A stretch of DNA of 64,000 bases, from IMG/VR virus record IMGVR_UViG_3300007770_000008; one strand, written 5' to 3'. Shown in pieces: positions 29,733 through 38,821 of this stretch (within the stretch, counting starts at the first letter, position 1; each line of letters starts with the position of its first letter). The translations under genes were made by a program, and so were the position numbers. The notes under the pieces are model-generated. The model had not been told where the DNA came from. It searched no databases and was given only the letters and a program-made list of their open reading frames with translations. The stretch is from an uncultured virus (IMG/VR IMGVR_UViG_3300007770_000008) (lineage: Duplodnaviria > Heunggongvirae > Uroviricota > Caudoviricetes).

Positions 29733-30782
29733 TTAGTTATTTGCTTTATCGAATAACTGGGCATGAGCGGTATAGGCGTTAGCTGTAAAGCCAGAGCTGT
29801 CTATCGCAGCCACTCGCTCACCTGTACGAGTGAAAAAGTAACTCGGCACGAACAACTCCGACCCAGTTGACACTTCGTCCAGCCAGACGGCTCGGATGAA
29901 CGAAATAAACATGGCTGTTGCCCGCAGATTGCCTCGGGGTGTGCCAGTGCCCGCATCGGTAACGTGTTCGCGGTAACGCCGCTCCAAAAACCAACGGGGG
30001 TCGCGTCTTGCAAGTATGAGGTCTTCTGCCGTTTGGTTTGCCTGGGTCTCTGTCCATGCTTGGAAACAGTTCTCGGCTGCTTCCCAGTTGTAGCGACGGG
30101 AGTCAGGCTCCAAACTAAAGTCCATGTTCCGCTCGTGAATTCCTAGGTAGTTCATTAGCCGAGCGAGCCTATCCGGAAAACGCGGATCGACATACCATCG
30201 CGGATCAGTAATCCGGGCCAGCACTCTCATCGTAGCGACCGGGACATATCCTGGTAAAAACGAAAGTGCCTTGAATGTGGGGTGCTTCTCTATAATACGT
30301 GCAGCGGTGGTCGCCTGCTTCATAGGAGACTTCATTGCCAAAACTGCTGGCAACAACGCACACGTATTATAGGCGTGATAATCCTTTTCGGTTACCTCGT
30401 GCCAGCCACCTAGGCTAGAGGGCATGCTATAGAGTTCCGCCATGCCTGCCAATACCGTATGCGTCAGCTTGTGCTTCGGCTTTGTGGCAAAAATGGCTGG
30501 CGTACCTACACGCAACGTAAGGTCATCCCTGTGTCGTTTCTTGTACCGATAAAGTGCACATATCAAAGGTGTGTTGTCTTCAAAACCTACGACGCTAATA
30601 GTCCGGGCTCGCTGTACAGCCTCCAGGCGGTCGAGACGAGAAAGCGGCACCTTGACACTGTCAGGAGCTGTCTTTCCGTCTCCGAACCAGATCGTGGCGT
30701 CACGATCCTGAAACATGCGTAAGTCGGTAGCGTTCATCGTTGGCATACTAGGCCTCTCGGGATAACTCGACGACCTGGTCAA
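29733..30782 (-). CDS. Degenerate IS110-transposase C-terminal-like protein
   Basis: LSFLPGYVPVATMRVLARITDPRWY...RLARLMNYLGI matches the IS110 HhH-like 'PGiG...igD..RF...laaYaGl' pattern; no DEDD N-terminus evident. Confidence 0.45.
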   Translation of the reverse strand: MTRSSSYPERPSMPTMNATDLRMFQDRDATIWFGDGKTAPDSVKVPLSRLDRLEAVQRARTISVVGFEDNTPLICALYRYKKRHRDDLTLRVGTPAIFATKPKHKLTHTVLAGMAELYSMPSSLGGWHEVTEKDYHAYNTCALLPAVLAMKSPMKQATTAARIIEKHPTFKALSFLPGYVPVATMRVLARITDPRWYVDPRFPDRLARLMNYLGIHERNMDFSLEPDSRRYNWEAAENCFQAWTETQANQTAEDLILARRDPRWFLERRYREHVTDAGTGTPRGNLRATAMFISFIRAVWLDEVSTGSELFVPSYFFTRTGERVAAIDSSGFTANAYTAHAQLFDKANN

Positions 30783-32874
30783 ATACCCTCTCTAGTCGTC
30801 GGTCATGGGTAATAATTATCAGCTGCTGTCCTCTTTTTCTCGCTGACCTCGTGACATTTTCCATCGCCTCCATTAAATAATCCAAATTGTCTTCGTCAAG
30901 TCCGGCGGTGGGCTCGTCAAGCACCATCATACCAATGTCCTTTGCGAACGTGGCGTTGATGGCAAATCGGAACGCAATCGCCAGGACGACCTTCTCGCCG
31001 CCAGATAGCCGTGCTGCGGGTTCGCAGGTGCCGTCTGGCTTGTGGGCTAGAAAGGTCAAGCTGTCATCAGCTGAGACTTTGAAGGGACTGCCGAACTCAT
31101 CAAGAGTCTCGTTTACCCTTTCGACCATATCTTCCAGCATCTCTTGTGAGACGATATTTGGCAAGGCGTCTCGGTGAACCACCGATCGCCATCGCTCTAA
31201 ATCCTCTAGCCAGCTGTTGGCATCCTTGTTCTGGCGTTTGACCTTGGCTATCCGTTTTATGGCCTGCTTTTCCTGCTCTATCTGCTCCTCAGCCATGGTC
31301 ACTGTCTCGGTGGCCTGGTCAATTTCGGCCCGAGCCCGGCGGTGATCGTCGAGAGCCCTTTGAGCCTCTTTGGCTTTGGCTTCCGTAACACCTAGGAGAC
31401 TTTCCAGCTTGTCATCGATCTCCTGAATGCTCTCTTTCAGCGAATCCAGCTTAGCCTGGTTCGTGTTGACGTTACTTTTCAGCGTGCCTACGTGAGTCCT
31501 TTCGGCAGACGCCTCTCTCGACACCTTTTGGTACTGCTGGACCATTCGTCGCAGGCCCACGGCATCTGCTGTGGGCTCGACCAGCTTACCTAAGGTGGCC
31601 AGCATCTTGTTTGCGGCCTCGGTCTCGGTCTTGTACTCGAAAATGGCCGCATCGTAGTTGGTGACCGTCTTGTCGTGCTTGGCTGATAAATCAATCCTGC
31701 GTCGTAGCTGTACAAGACGTCCTGGATACGTTTTGGCCACCTCTTGATGCTCTTCTAAGCAGTCGTGTAGCTCAGAGACCTGTGTGCCGCAAGTAGGACA
31801 CGCCATGGTGCCGGTATCGACGAGGACACCCAGAACACGGTGGGCCTCGTTTAGTCGCTGTTGGAGGCCTGCCAATTTTGCCTCGGCCTTCGGTATATTT
31901 ACATACTTCTCAGGCCTCGCCGGGTGTTCAGGTTTTACCTGGTCTCGCTTCTTTATCCAGTAGTCCTGGTCCGCTTTGCGGCGAGCATACTCCTCGGCAC
32001 CTTTCAGAGCGGTCTCGGCCTCGTCGGCTCTCGCTTTGAAGTCATCGACATCGCGAGCAGTATCCAGGTACCGCTTCTCGGCCTCATGCAACTCCTTTTC
32101 GGCAAAGTCAAGCATCCCTTGCAAGGCTCTGATCTTGCCACGATGTTGGTCGCGTTGCTCGTGGAGCACCTTGGCTCGGCTGTAATCAGCAATCGCTTGC
32201 TTGTTTGCAAGGCCTGCACTTTTCTTAAGCAGCTTGCTCTGAGCAGTGACCAGCTTCTCATTGGCTTCCGCTAACCGAGCCTCCCATCGCTTTATGCTGG
32301 CTCTACGCTCGTCAGAATCGTCGACGAAGTCAGCGGCCATGCTACGGTCTTCCCGAATCTGGTCACCGATGGCTTCCCACACCTTCTCCGACATACCGGT
32401 GTTGCACAACGCCATGAAAGATAGGGCACGATCCTGCGGTTTGGCCGACATGAAGTCGAAGATCCGCCACTGGTCAACAAAGATGAACTCGTTGACAATC
32501 TGCTTGGAAAGGCCGCACGATTCTTTGAGCCGTGTCTCAATCTCTCGGGCATTGCGAATGGGGTTCTCGCCAGGGAAAATTAGGTGGTTGCAAATCGGCT
32601 GCAACCCTCGTTTCAGCTCAAACTGCGTACCTTCGTGTTCCCATATGGTTATGATCCTGGATTCTTCTTTTTCGCCAGTTCCGAGCCGTATGTTGCTTTC
32701 CTTGTTACCCGGGTTGACTTTGAAGTCGTTCGTCAAGCAGGCTTTGGCCATCTTGACCAGGTTACTCTTGCCAGCTCCGTTGGGCCCGAAAATACCTGTG
32801 ACGCCGGGCTGGAACGTGACTTCGGTGTGCTCGTGCTGGCAAACGTTTTTTAAGCTAATCTCGACCAGCCGCAT
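30748..32874 (-). CDS. sbcC: SbcC/Rad50-like ATPase
   Basis: GPNGAGKS, coiled coil with CPTCG zinc hook, LSGGE, VLDEPT, ITHD. Confidence 0.92.
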   Translation of the reverse strand: MRLVEISLKNVCQHEHTEVTFQPGVTGIFGPNGAGKSNLVKMAKACLTNDFKVNPGNKESNIRLGTGEKEESRIITIWEHEGTQFELKRGLQPICNHLIFPGENPIRNAREIETRLKESCGLSKQIVNEFIFVDQWRIFDFMSAKPQDRALSFMALCNTGMSEKVWEAIGDQIREDRSMAADFVDDSDERRASIKRWEARLAEANEKLVTAQSKLLKKSAGLANKQAIADYSRAKVLHEQRDQHRGKIRALQGMLDFAEKELHEAEKRYLDTARDVDDFKARADEAETALKGAEEYARRKADQDYWIKKRDQVKPEHPARPEKYVNIPKAEAKLAGLQQRLNEAHRVLGVLVDTGTMACPTCGTQVSELHDCLEEHQEVAKTYPGRLVQLRRRIDLSAKHDKTVTNYDAAIFEYKTETEAANKMLATLGKLVEPTADAVGLRRMVQQYQKVSREASAERTHVGTLKSNVNTNQAKLDSLKESIQEIDDKLESLLGVTEAKAKEAQRALDDHRRARAEIDQATETVTMAEEQIEQEKQAIKRIAKVKRQNKDANSWLEDLERWRSVVHRDALPNIVSQEMLEDMVERVNETLDEFGSPFKVSADDSLTFLAHKPDGTCEPAARLSGGEKVVLAIAFRFAINATFAKDIGMMVLDEPTAGLDEDNLDYLMEAMENVTRSARKRGQQLIIITHDRRLERVFDQVVELSREA

Positions 32875-34036
32875 CGCTCACCTCCGCTGGGTTAAATCGC
32901 TCATCTCGCATCTCTTTCAACACAACCCTAGGGTCGCTGCTAGATAGTAGCCTGTAGAGTGGTGCGTAGTCGTAATCATCTTTGGGCACTAACAGCTCCA
33001 GGCAGCCTGTAAGGCCACGCTCCACAACTTCCTGCCTACGCTGGCGGCTTACCACGATCTCCGGTGTCTCGATAGGGATCGCCTTGTGGAAGAAGTGAGC
33101 ACCCTGTCCCGCTAGTGTCCGACGTAGCCGCTTGAACGCGTTGTCCAGGTCTTCTGGATAGGTTACGTGTACGATCGGGTCGAACAGACCCGGGGGTAGC
33201 CCCTCTTGCTCAGCCAACTCGCAGTGCTTGCTGATCAACTTCTCTGAATTGGATAGGAAATCCTCCAAGTCATCGTCGTCGGATAGCACCGGACGGAGAA
33301 CGTGACGTGTGGGGATTTTGCACTTACGCCAGCTCCAATCGCTGAATAATAAGAAGAAGTGCTTAGCCTCCGGCTCGTCCACCTTACGTAGGTTGGTCGA
33401 TCCTGGGGATATAACGGTAAGTGGCTGTCCGTTAGCTCCCACAAAGGCTCGACCTTTGTCACCCTCCAGGTAGTGTGTGTCATGGTAGTCGCCAGTGAAC
33501 AGCACGCTTGCGTACGGCACATGGCTCCAACTACCTTCGCAACCTCGAATTTCACCCATGAACTCGTCCCATACTTGGTGCATAACCAGTATGTCGGTGT
33601 GCTCAGGGACCTTAGCCAACTCGTCTTGAAGCATATCGGCTGGTGTCCAGTCGATACAGTAGACGACCGCATCGTCGCGGATAGAAAACCATTTCTGGTG
33701 GGACCAGGTTGGCCAGTTATGTAAGGCTTTGAGCCAAGGCGGCAACGAGTACTCGTGTTGGCCCTGGGTAAAGTAGAAATCAATCTGGGCCGACTGTAGC
33801 CGTGATATTTGCCTGCGAAGAAATCTTGCGGTGGCGGTATCTGGCTTCTTCACGTCAATCAAGTCGCCAGCACCGACAATATGATCCACACCCAGTTCAA
33901 TTGCCTTGTCGACAATATATTGGAATGAGAACTGAGAGTCGCCGCGTAAGGTTGGTCTAGATGACCAGGCTGCTTGATCCAAGTGAGAGTCGGCAAAAAA
34001 CAGAGCCACAGGCTCTGGTTTGCTTCGCTCTGTCAT
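32855..34036 (-). CDS. sbcD: SbcD/Mre11-like nuclease
   Basis: ADSHLD, AGDLID, GQHE, MHQ, GDYH, PGS; start moved to MTERSK. Confidence 0.88.
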   Translation of the reverse strand: MTERSKPEPVALFFADSHLDQAAWSSRPTLRGDSQFSFQYIVDKAIELGVDHIVGAGDLIDVKKPDTATARFLRRQISRLQSAQIDFYFTQGQHEYSLPPWLKALHNWPTWSHQKWFSIRDDAVVYCIDWTPADMLQDELAKVPEHTDILVMHQVWDEFMGEIRGCEGSWSHVPYASVLFTGDYHDTHYLEGDKGRAFVGANGQPLTVISPGSTNLRKVDEPEAKHFFLLFSDWSWRKCKIPTRHVLRPVLSDDDDLEDFLSNSEKLISKHCELAEQEGLPPGLFDPIVHVTYPEDLDNAFKRLRRTLAGQGAHFFHKAIPIETPEIVVSRQRRQEVVERGLTGCLELLVPKDDYDYAPLYRLLSSSDPRVVLKEMRDERFNPAEVSDAAGRD

Positions 34037-34072
34037 ATGTTCCTCCGAGAGGTATATTTTCGCAGTTGTGTC

Positions 34073-34115
34073 AAAAAAGAACAAGGCGGAGGGCGTTAGT
34101 GACCCTCCGCCTTGT
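34073..34115 (-). terminator. Intrinsic terminator ending the ubiquitin-like operon
   Basis: acaaggcggaggg / ccctccgccttgt inverted repeat followed by TCTTTTTT on the minus strand. Confidence 0.8.
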
Positions 34116-34136
34116 CTTGTTAACTAGCCACGACGA

Positions 34137-34844
34137 CTAACCTTCGGCCGTAGCCTCTTCTGGCTGCGGTGTTGTCGTTTCGACGGCCATGTAGTCAGCC
34201 GAAGGAAGGTCAAGCATCATGTGCGGCTCGAGCAGAGCTTCTCGCAACCACCGAGTGAACTGATGCACCATAAGTCCCGCTGCGATCGCAGCGGTGTAGA
34301 CCGTAGCCTGGCCAGTGCAACGACCCGTTGCCGCTTCAGACTCGTCGAAGAACGAGTTGTCGTACGTCAACAGTTCGCGTTCGGGACCGCCGTTGCTGAC
34401 GGCCAACACTTGCATGGTCTCACCCAACATTCGACCGTCGACAACGAGGCCGTAGCTGTTCTTCACTGCGTTCCAGATCTCCTGGCGAACGGTGATGCTG
34501 TCAACGCAGACGAAGTATGTCTCGCCTTCGCGAACATGGCGGCCAACCAGGAACCGACACGCCTCGGCTTCGACTTCGCACTCAGGGTAAATGCCGAGCA
34601 CCTCGTCCTTGACTACCTCAACCTTAGGCGTACCAATGTCGCCTTGGTTGTAGCCTTGCGTGACGACATTGGTTTCCTCGACCGTGTCGTGGTCGATGAC
34701 TCGCAGTTTGGTAACGCCGATTGACGCCAACATGACTGCAACTTGGCGACCTATAGCACCAACTCCGATGACGGTGACGTTGCGTTCAGTAATGGACTCT
34801 CGCGGTACGAAGTCCGCCTGACGAATAAAGCGATCCGTAGTCAA
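34137..34844 (-). CDS. ThiF/E1-like activating enzyme
   Basis: RFIRQ, VIGVGAIG, IDHDTVEETN..TQGY, PKV, CVDS, DGRM, candidate catalytic Cys in GRCT. Confidence 0.9.
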   Translation of the reverse strand: MTTDRFIRQADFVPRESITERNVTVIGVGAIGRQVAVMLASIGVTKLRVIDHDTVEETNVVTQGYNQGDIGTPKVEVVKDEVLGIYPECEVEAEACRFLVGRHVREGETYFVCVDSITVRQEIWNAVKNSYGLVVDGRMLGETMQVLAVSNGGPERELLTYDNSFFDESEAATGRCTGQATVYTAAIAAGLMVHQFTRWLREALLEPHMMLDLPSADYMAVETTTPQPEEATAEG

Positions 34845-34889
34845 TGTTCAGCTTCCTTGTAATATCGTAAGGGGAAAGTAAGCAGGCGG

Positions 34890-36011
34890 CTACGTGCAAG
34901 CGTCGCCGTACTGCTCCTGGTAAGCCATCAGCAGTACTTCCAGCTTGTCTTCGTCAGTCTCTTTTTCGATGGCCGAGATTAGGTCATCGTGAGTCCATTC
35001 GTCAACGAAGCCACCAGCGGCCTCGGTTTGATCGGCGATCGATCCATCGGTATTGTCTTCAAGGAAGCCCATCGTTGTGAGCATTTCCTCGTTGGCTGCC
35101 TCTACGTCGCTGTCGTCAACAACGTAGTCGGACAGGTCGTACTGTGTGGTGTCCGTCTTCTCGGCAGGTTTGCCGACCTTGGTAGGGTCAGCTTTGTTCC
35201 CCAGATACGATGAGCCCGTCGGGCCCGTGTTTGGGGATACGGTGGTCTTACCGGGACTGGGACGCCACACACCGTTGACTACGTAACCTTCATCGTCACC
35301 ATAGCGGTACTTGCCCGAGTAACCTCGGCCCCAGTACGTCTTGTTGACTGTGACAGTGTCCTCGTACTCGTCATCCCAGGCATCGTGGTCAGATGCTGCG
35401 AAGGGGTACTGGAAATCCACGCTGTGGTCGATTTCCATCGTGCCGCGTGGGCCGTGTTCAAGCTGCCAACGAAGACGACAATAGGTCTTACCTTCTTTGG
35501 CAAGGATAAACATGATGGCCCAGTGACAGTCGCCGAAGACCTCATTGAAAGTGTCTTCGTCTTGGCCGCTAGGTATCGGCGAAGAACCCGGATGGGTGTG
35601 AATCCAGATTCGGAGGAACTGGAACGGCTGTAAACCGTTGTCCACCATGTCCTCGGTGAAGTCAGCAACGCCGACATCGTCCATGGACACGAACGCGGCG
35701 GAGGCTGATTGCTTGACCATCAAGAAGTCAGTTATCAACATAGGCCGGTCCAAATCGCCGCAAACGCCAAAGCCTGCTACCTCAGTGCTGCCGATGTCAC
35801 GCACGTATTGGAGTTTCGCCCATGCCGTAGGCACAAATTCGAGTTTCGGGGGTACAGTCTTGGGTACGTACTCCCTGTACTGGTAACCAGTTTGGTACGA
35901 GTTGGAGTACCGACCTGTATGCCCTCCTCGCGGGGTTGTGTTGGTAGCTTTGCCCGGCGAGGGGGTAGACCCTTTCTTGGAGTTCCCTGATTGCGAGTTC
36001 CCTTTGCTCAT
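34890..36011 (-). CDS. JAB/MPN+ metallopeptidase (deubiquitinase-like)
   Basis: TEVAGFG and WIHTHPGSSPIPSGQD (JAMM HxH-x7-S-x2-D); long low-complexity acidic tail. Confidence 0.88.
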   Translation of the reverse strand: MSKGNSQSGNSKKGSTPSPGKATNTTPRGGHTGRYSNSYQTGYQYREYVPKTVPPKLEFVPTAWAKLQYVRDIGSTEVAGFGVCGDLDRPMLITDFLMVKQSASAAFVSMDDVGVADFTEDMVDNGLQPFQFLRIWIHTHPGSSPIPSGQDEDTFNEVFGDCHWAIMFILAKEGKTYCRLRWQLEHGPRGTMEIDHSVDFQYPFAASDHDAWDDEYEDTVTVNKTYWGRGYSGKYRYGDDEGYVVNGVWRPSPGKTTVSPNTGPTGSSYLGNKADPTKVGKPAEKTDTTQYDLSDYVVDDSDVEAANEEMLTTMGFLEDNTDGSIADQTEAAGGFVDEWTHDDLISAIEKETDEDKLEVLLMAYQEQYGDACT

Positions 36012-37140
36012 TACATGTCCTACAGACGGGGGTTTCTTCTGGTGAGCCAGGCGTAACGCATGCCTGGCAGGCCCGGTGGCCGGGGTTCATACCTGTACCT
36101 GTACTCGTACAGGCAACGCTGTGCTCATAGCACGCCCGATGACCACACGACATTTGCGACAAACAGAAGTGGCATAAGCTAGCTTTGCAGTCAGGCTTCG
36201 AGCAGCACCTACTGGTCGTACAGTCCTCGCAAGACACACGCTCGCAACCTGGTGTGCTGCAAGCCACGTCGGCATCGGAGTCACCACAGTAGCCGCAATG
36301 TGAGTGTGTTTGCCAGGCCCGAAGCTCCCTGTAAGGGCTCTCAGGGTTGTATGTGTCGTACAGTTGTGTGACGATCTCAAAGGCGTCGAACCATCTGGCT
36401 TGCTGCAAGGCCAATCGAATGGCGTCATGGTGTCCGCCTAAACAGGTCTTGCCGCCTGAAACGTGCGGATGGAACGTAGTGCCGCCGAAGTCGGCAGGAT
36501 TCGGCTCCAGAGCCAACGTGGTGGCGTATGGTTCGTCGAACGATTTAGTCAGGTCGATAGTCCAAGCAAATCGACCGAAATCGATACCCTCTAACTGAGC
36601 GGGCTGCCTCGTAATAAAACCAAACAACTGGGTTTTATTAGTTCTTCGGCCTTCGCCCTGTGCTGCCGAATGTCCGCCGATTATAAGCGGGCCGAGTTCT
36701 CGCTCAATATCGTCGAACTCCTGCATAACAGAAGCTATGGTAGGTAAGTCAATTCCGTCAGCCAGCTCTGTCGGGGAGGCGTCGGGTAAGGTGGCAAGGA
36801 TGGTAGCCATTGCAGTGGAGTCATTTAACAAACTAACCAGCAACTCGCTGGTTAGCTGAAGATCAATCAGTCGGCGAGCAGTGGCGACCGGGGCACGGTT
36901 GAACCTGACCCCTACGTAAACTTTCCGTAACTGCTCACTGTAGACGTCAAGAAGCTCTGGCGGAAGTCGGTGGACAGCGTCTGTAGGCCATTCACGGTTT
37001 CGCCTGGCCATCAAAAGCAACGGATTGTGTTTTGGCTCTCGATAGCGTGCAACAAGTTTTGACGCAACGCGAAGGCGGAGCGTCGGATCATCAGACAACT
37101 CTCGAAAATGGACATTCGTGTAGGTGTCGTAGCGTAACAT
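35797..37140 (-). CDS. Prokaryotic E2-like protein with Cys-rich zinc-finger region
   Basis: FHPHVSGGKTCLG (E2 HPH...CLG), YNPESPY, followed by many CxxC pairs. Confidence 0.75.
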   Translation of the reverse strand: MLRYDTYTNVHFRELSDDPTLRLRVASKLVARYREPKHNPLLLMARRNREWPTDAVHRLPPELLDVYSEQLRKVYVGVRFNRAPVATARRLIDLQLTSELLVSLLNDSTAMATILATLPDASPTELADGIDLPTIASVMQEFDDIERELGPLIIGGHSAAQGEGRRTNKTQLFGFITRQPAQLEGIDFGRFAWTIDLTKSFDEPYATTLALEPNPADFGGTTFHPHVSGGKTCLGGHHDAIRLALQQARWFDAFEIVTQLYDTYNPESPYRELRAWQTHSHCGYCGDSDADVACSTPGCERVSCEDCTTSRCCSKPDCKASLCHFCLSQMSCGHRACYEHSVACTSTGTGMNPGHRACQACVTPGSPEETPVCRTCNEQRELAIRELQERVYPLAGQSYQHNPARRAYRSVLQLVPNWLPVQGVRTQDCTPETRICAYGMGETPIRA

Positions 37141-37154
37141 GCTCCGCTCCTCGG

Positions 37155-37187
37155 AAAAGAAACGGCCCCACCGAAGTGGGGCCGTCT
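37155..37187 (-). terminator. Intrinsic terminator between Ubl and E2
   Basis: Minus strand ACGGCCCCAC-TTCG-GTGGGGCCGT-TTCTTTT. Confidence 0.75.
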
Positions 37188-37211
37188 AGAATTGTCACGC
37201 AAAGGAGAGAA

Positions 37212-37469
37212 CTAGGCTCCCTGCACCTTCGTCGGGGTGAAGCTGACGCGGTCGCGGTCGGCCAAAAGCTGACCACGGCTCACGTTCTGACGGTTGACGC
37301 GGATCAAGAAGTTGGCCGCGTTCTTACCTTCGAGCTTTTGGTCGAAGAGATTTCCAACCGTCGTGCCCGCTGCGACTTCGATCTTTTCAGCAAAGCCGCC
37401 GCCGTCGTTGTTCACGAAAAGGATGGTGATTTTGTCAAGGTCAGCGTTCAATGCGTTGTCGTTGGACAT
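37212..37469 (-). CDS. Ubiquitin-like (beta-grasp) protein
   Basis: ILFVNNDGGGFAEKIEV..GTTV...FLIRVNRQ...DRVSFTPTKVQGA; Gly followed by one C-terminal residue. Confidence 0.85.
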   Translation of the reverse strand: MSNDNALNADLDKITILFVNNDGGGFAEKIEVAAGTTVGNLFDQKLEGKNAANFLIRVNRQNVSRGQLLADRDRVSFTPTKVQGA

Positions 37470-37530
37470 TGCGTAATGCGTCCTTCAATCAGTGTGGTGG
37501 TACCAAAACATACAGCGTGTCAGCCTGGAA

Positions 37531-37908
37531 CTATATTTGAAGTTCCGGCAATGCGTCGGCCAAGTTTGTCGGACCGACCCAGCTTAAGAGTTCAAGCTGC
37601 TGTCCAAAATCCGGGGCGGCAAGCACCTCGAAAATTCGACAGGACGTAGCAGCCAGGTGCCGCCGGTGGGCGGTCGCCGGGAAGTTAGAGCAGTGGGAAA
37701 CAACGGCCTGCCAACCGACTTTCGGGTGCTTCTGATAACACGTGAAGCGAAGCAGTGGCTCGTCGTATTCGTCATCGGGATTGTAGGCCCCGTTGTGCCC
37801 TTCACCGTTGAAGTGCCATACAACACGAAAGTTGTCGTCAATCATCTCTAGTGACGGGAATGCCGGGTGTGTCATCAAGCTCGCTCCTTGTGGGATACGT
37901 ACGCTCAA
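37531..37908 (-). CDS. Hypothetical protein
   Basis: 125 aa; GEGHNGAYNPDDEYDEPLLRF looks like a conserved phage motif. Confidence 0.55.
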   Translation of the reverse strand: MSVRIPQGASLMTHPAFPSLEMIDDNFRVVWHFNGEGHNGAYNPDDEYDEPLLRFTCYQKHPKVGWQAVVSHCSNFPATAHRRHLAATSCRIFEVLAAPDFGQQLELLSWVGPTNLADALPELQI

Positions 37909-37929
37909 TTGAGCCTACTGGATGATACG

Positions 37930-38511
37930 CTACTCTTCTTCTGCCTCTTCGTCATATTCTTCCTCGGCGTCATCCTCATACTCTTCTTCGGCATCCGTGT
38001 CGAAAGGAACCTCCTCGTCAACGTAGTCTTCTTCGACAGGTTCCTCCGATAAATCGCCGTCCTCGTCGTCAACGGTGTCAGAATCATCTGCGAGGTCAGC
38101 GTCTTCGCTCTCCTCTGTTTCGTCACCTTCGAAATTCGGTTGGGCGACAATCCAGTCAGCGAGGAGTTCGAACTTCGGTCCAGTCACCTGGATCAGCTTA
38201 CCTGATCCAGGGAACAGTCCATCGATCATCACGCGATCCCAGGCCCATGCCTCCGGAGAGGGAACCGGACCAAGAAACACGTTACACTGGTGCGTGATAG
38301 GAGTAATCCTGCCACGGTTAGAGAAGTCGAAATAGGGAACGGCAAATACCGCCTCCTCTTCGACGTCAACAAAGATGTCGACCTTGAGTTGGCTTCCAAA
38401 ACGACGAGCAGTCTCGCTGTTCGGGAACTCAATTCGTTGCAGGTATGGTGTGGCTACACCGCCTACGTCCTCAAGGCCCACAGTCAGCTTTAGCTTTCTC
38501 GCTGCAGCCAA
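37930..38511 (-). CDS. Hypothetical protein with very acidic tail
   Basis: 193 aa; D/E-rich C-terminal third. Confidence 0.6.
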   Translation of the reverse strand: MAAARKLKLTVGLEDVGGVATPYLQRIEFPNSETARRFGSQLKVDIFVDVEEEAVFAVPYFDFSNRGRITPITHQCNVFLGPVPSPEAWAWDRVMIDGLFPGSGKLIQVTGPKFELLADWIVAQPNFEGDETEESEDADLADDSDTVDDEDGDLSEEPVEEDYVDEEVPFDTDAEEEYEDDAEEEYDEEAEEE

Positions 38512-38528
38512 TGTAGGTTACCTCGTGG

Positions 38529-38801
38529 TTAGGCCGACGGGTCAGCAACCTGGACCTCCGCCGATACTTCTATCGACTCGGGTTCAGTCTGGGCTTGCTG
38601 TGCAGCTTCCGCTGCCTGCTTCGCCTCGGCTTTTTGAGCATCGTCCAACTCTTGCCTCAGGATTTGGATATTGTCACTGGCTTCAAAGCCAAGACGTACC
38701 GTCTGTCCTGTGACGCGGTTGACCTGAACCTTGACTTCTTCGCCAGTGGTCAGATCTCGCAGGATGATGCTCTCGTTAGTTTTTCTGCTTAAAACAAGCA
38801 T
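38529..38801 (-). CDS. csrA: Carbon storage regulator CsrA
   Basis: MLVLSRKTNESI...VRLGFEA...I.R.E. Confidence 0.9.
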   Translation of the reverse strand: MLVLSRKTNESIILRDLTTGEEVKVQVNRVTGQTVRLGFEASDNIQILRQELDDAQKAEAKQAAEAAQQAQTEPESIEVSAEVQVADPSA

Positions 38802-38821
38802 TTCATCTCCAGTTAGCTTCT

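Noticed and set aside
29700..29733. Guide-RNA array beside the RAMP-like and IS110-like genes
   Set aside because: The intergenic space is only about 33 nt with no periodic repeat.
29733..30782. Active IS110 insertion sequence
   Set aside because: No DEDD catalytic domain, no non-coding ends, and the gene is embedded in an operon.
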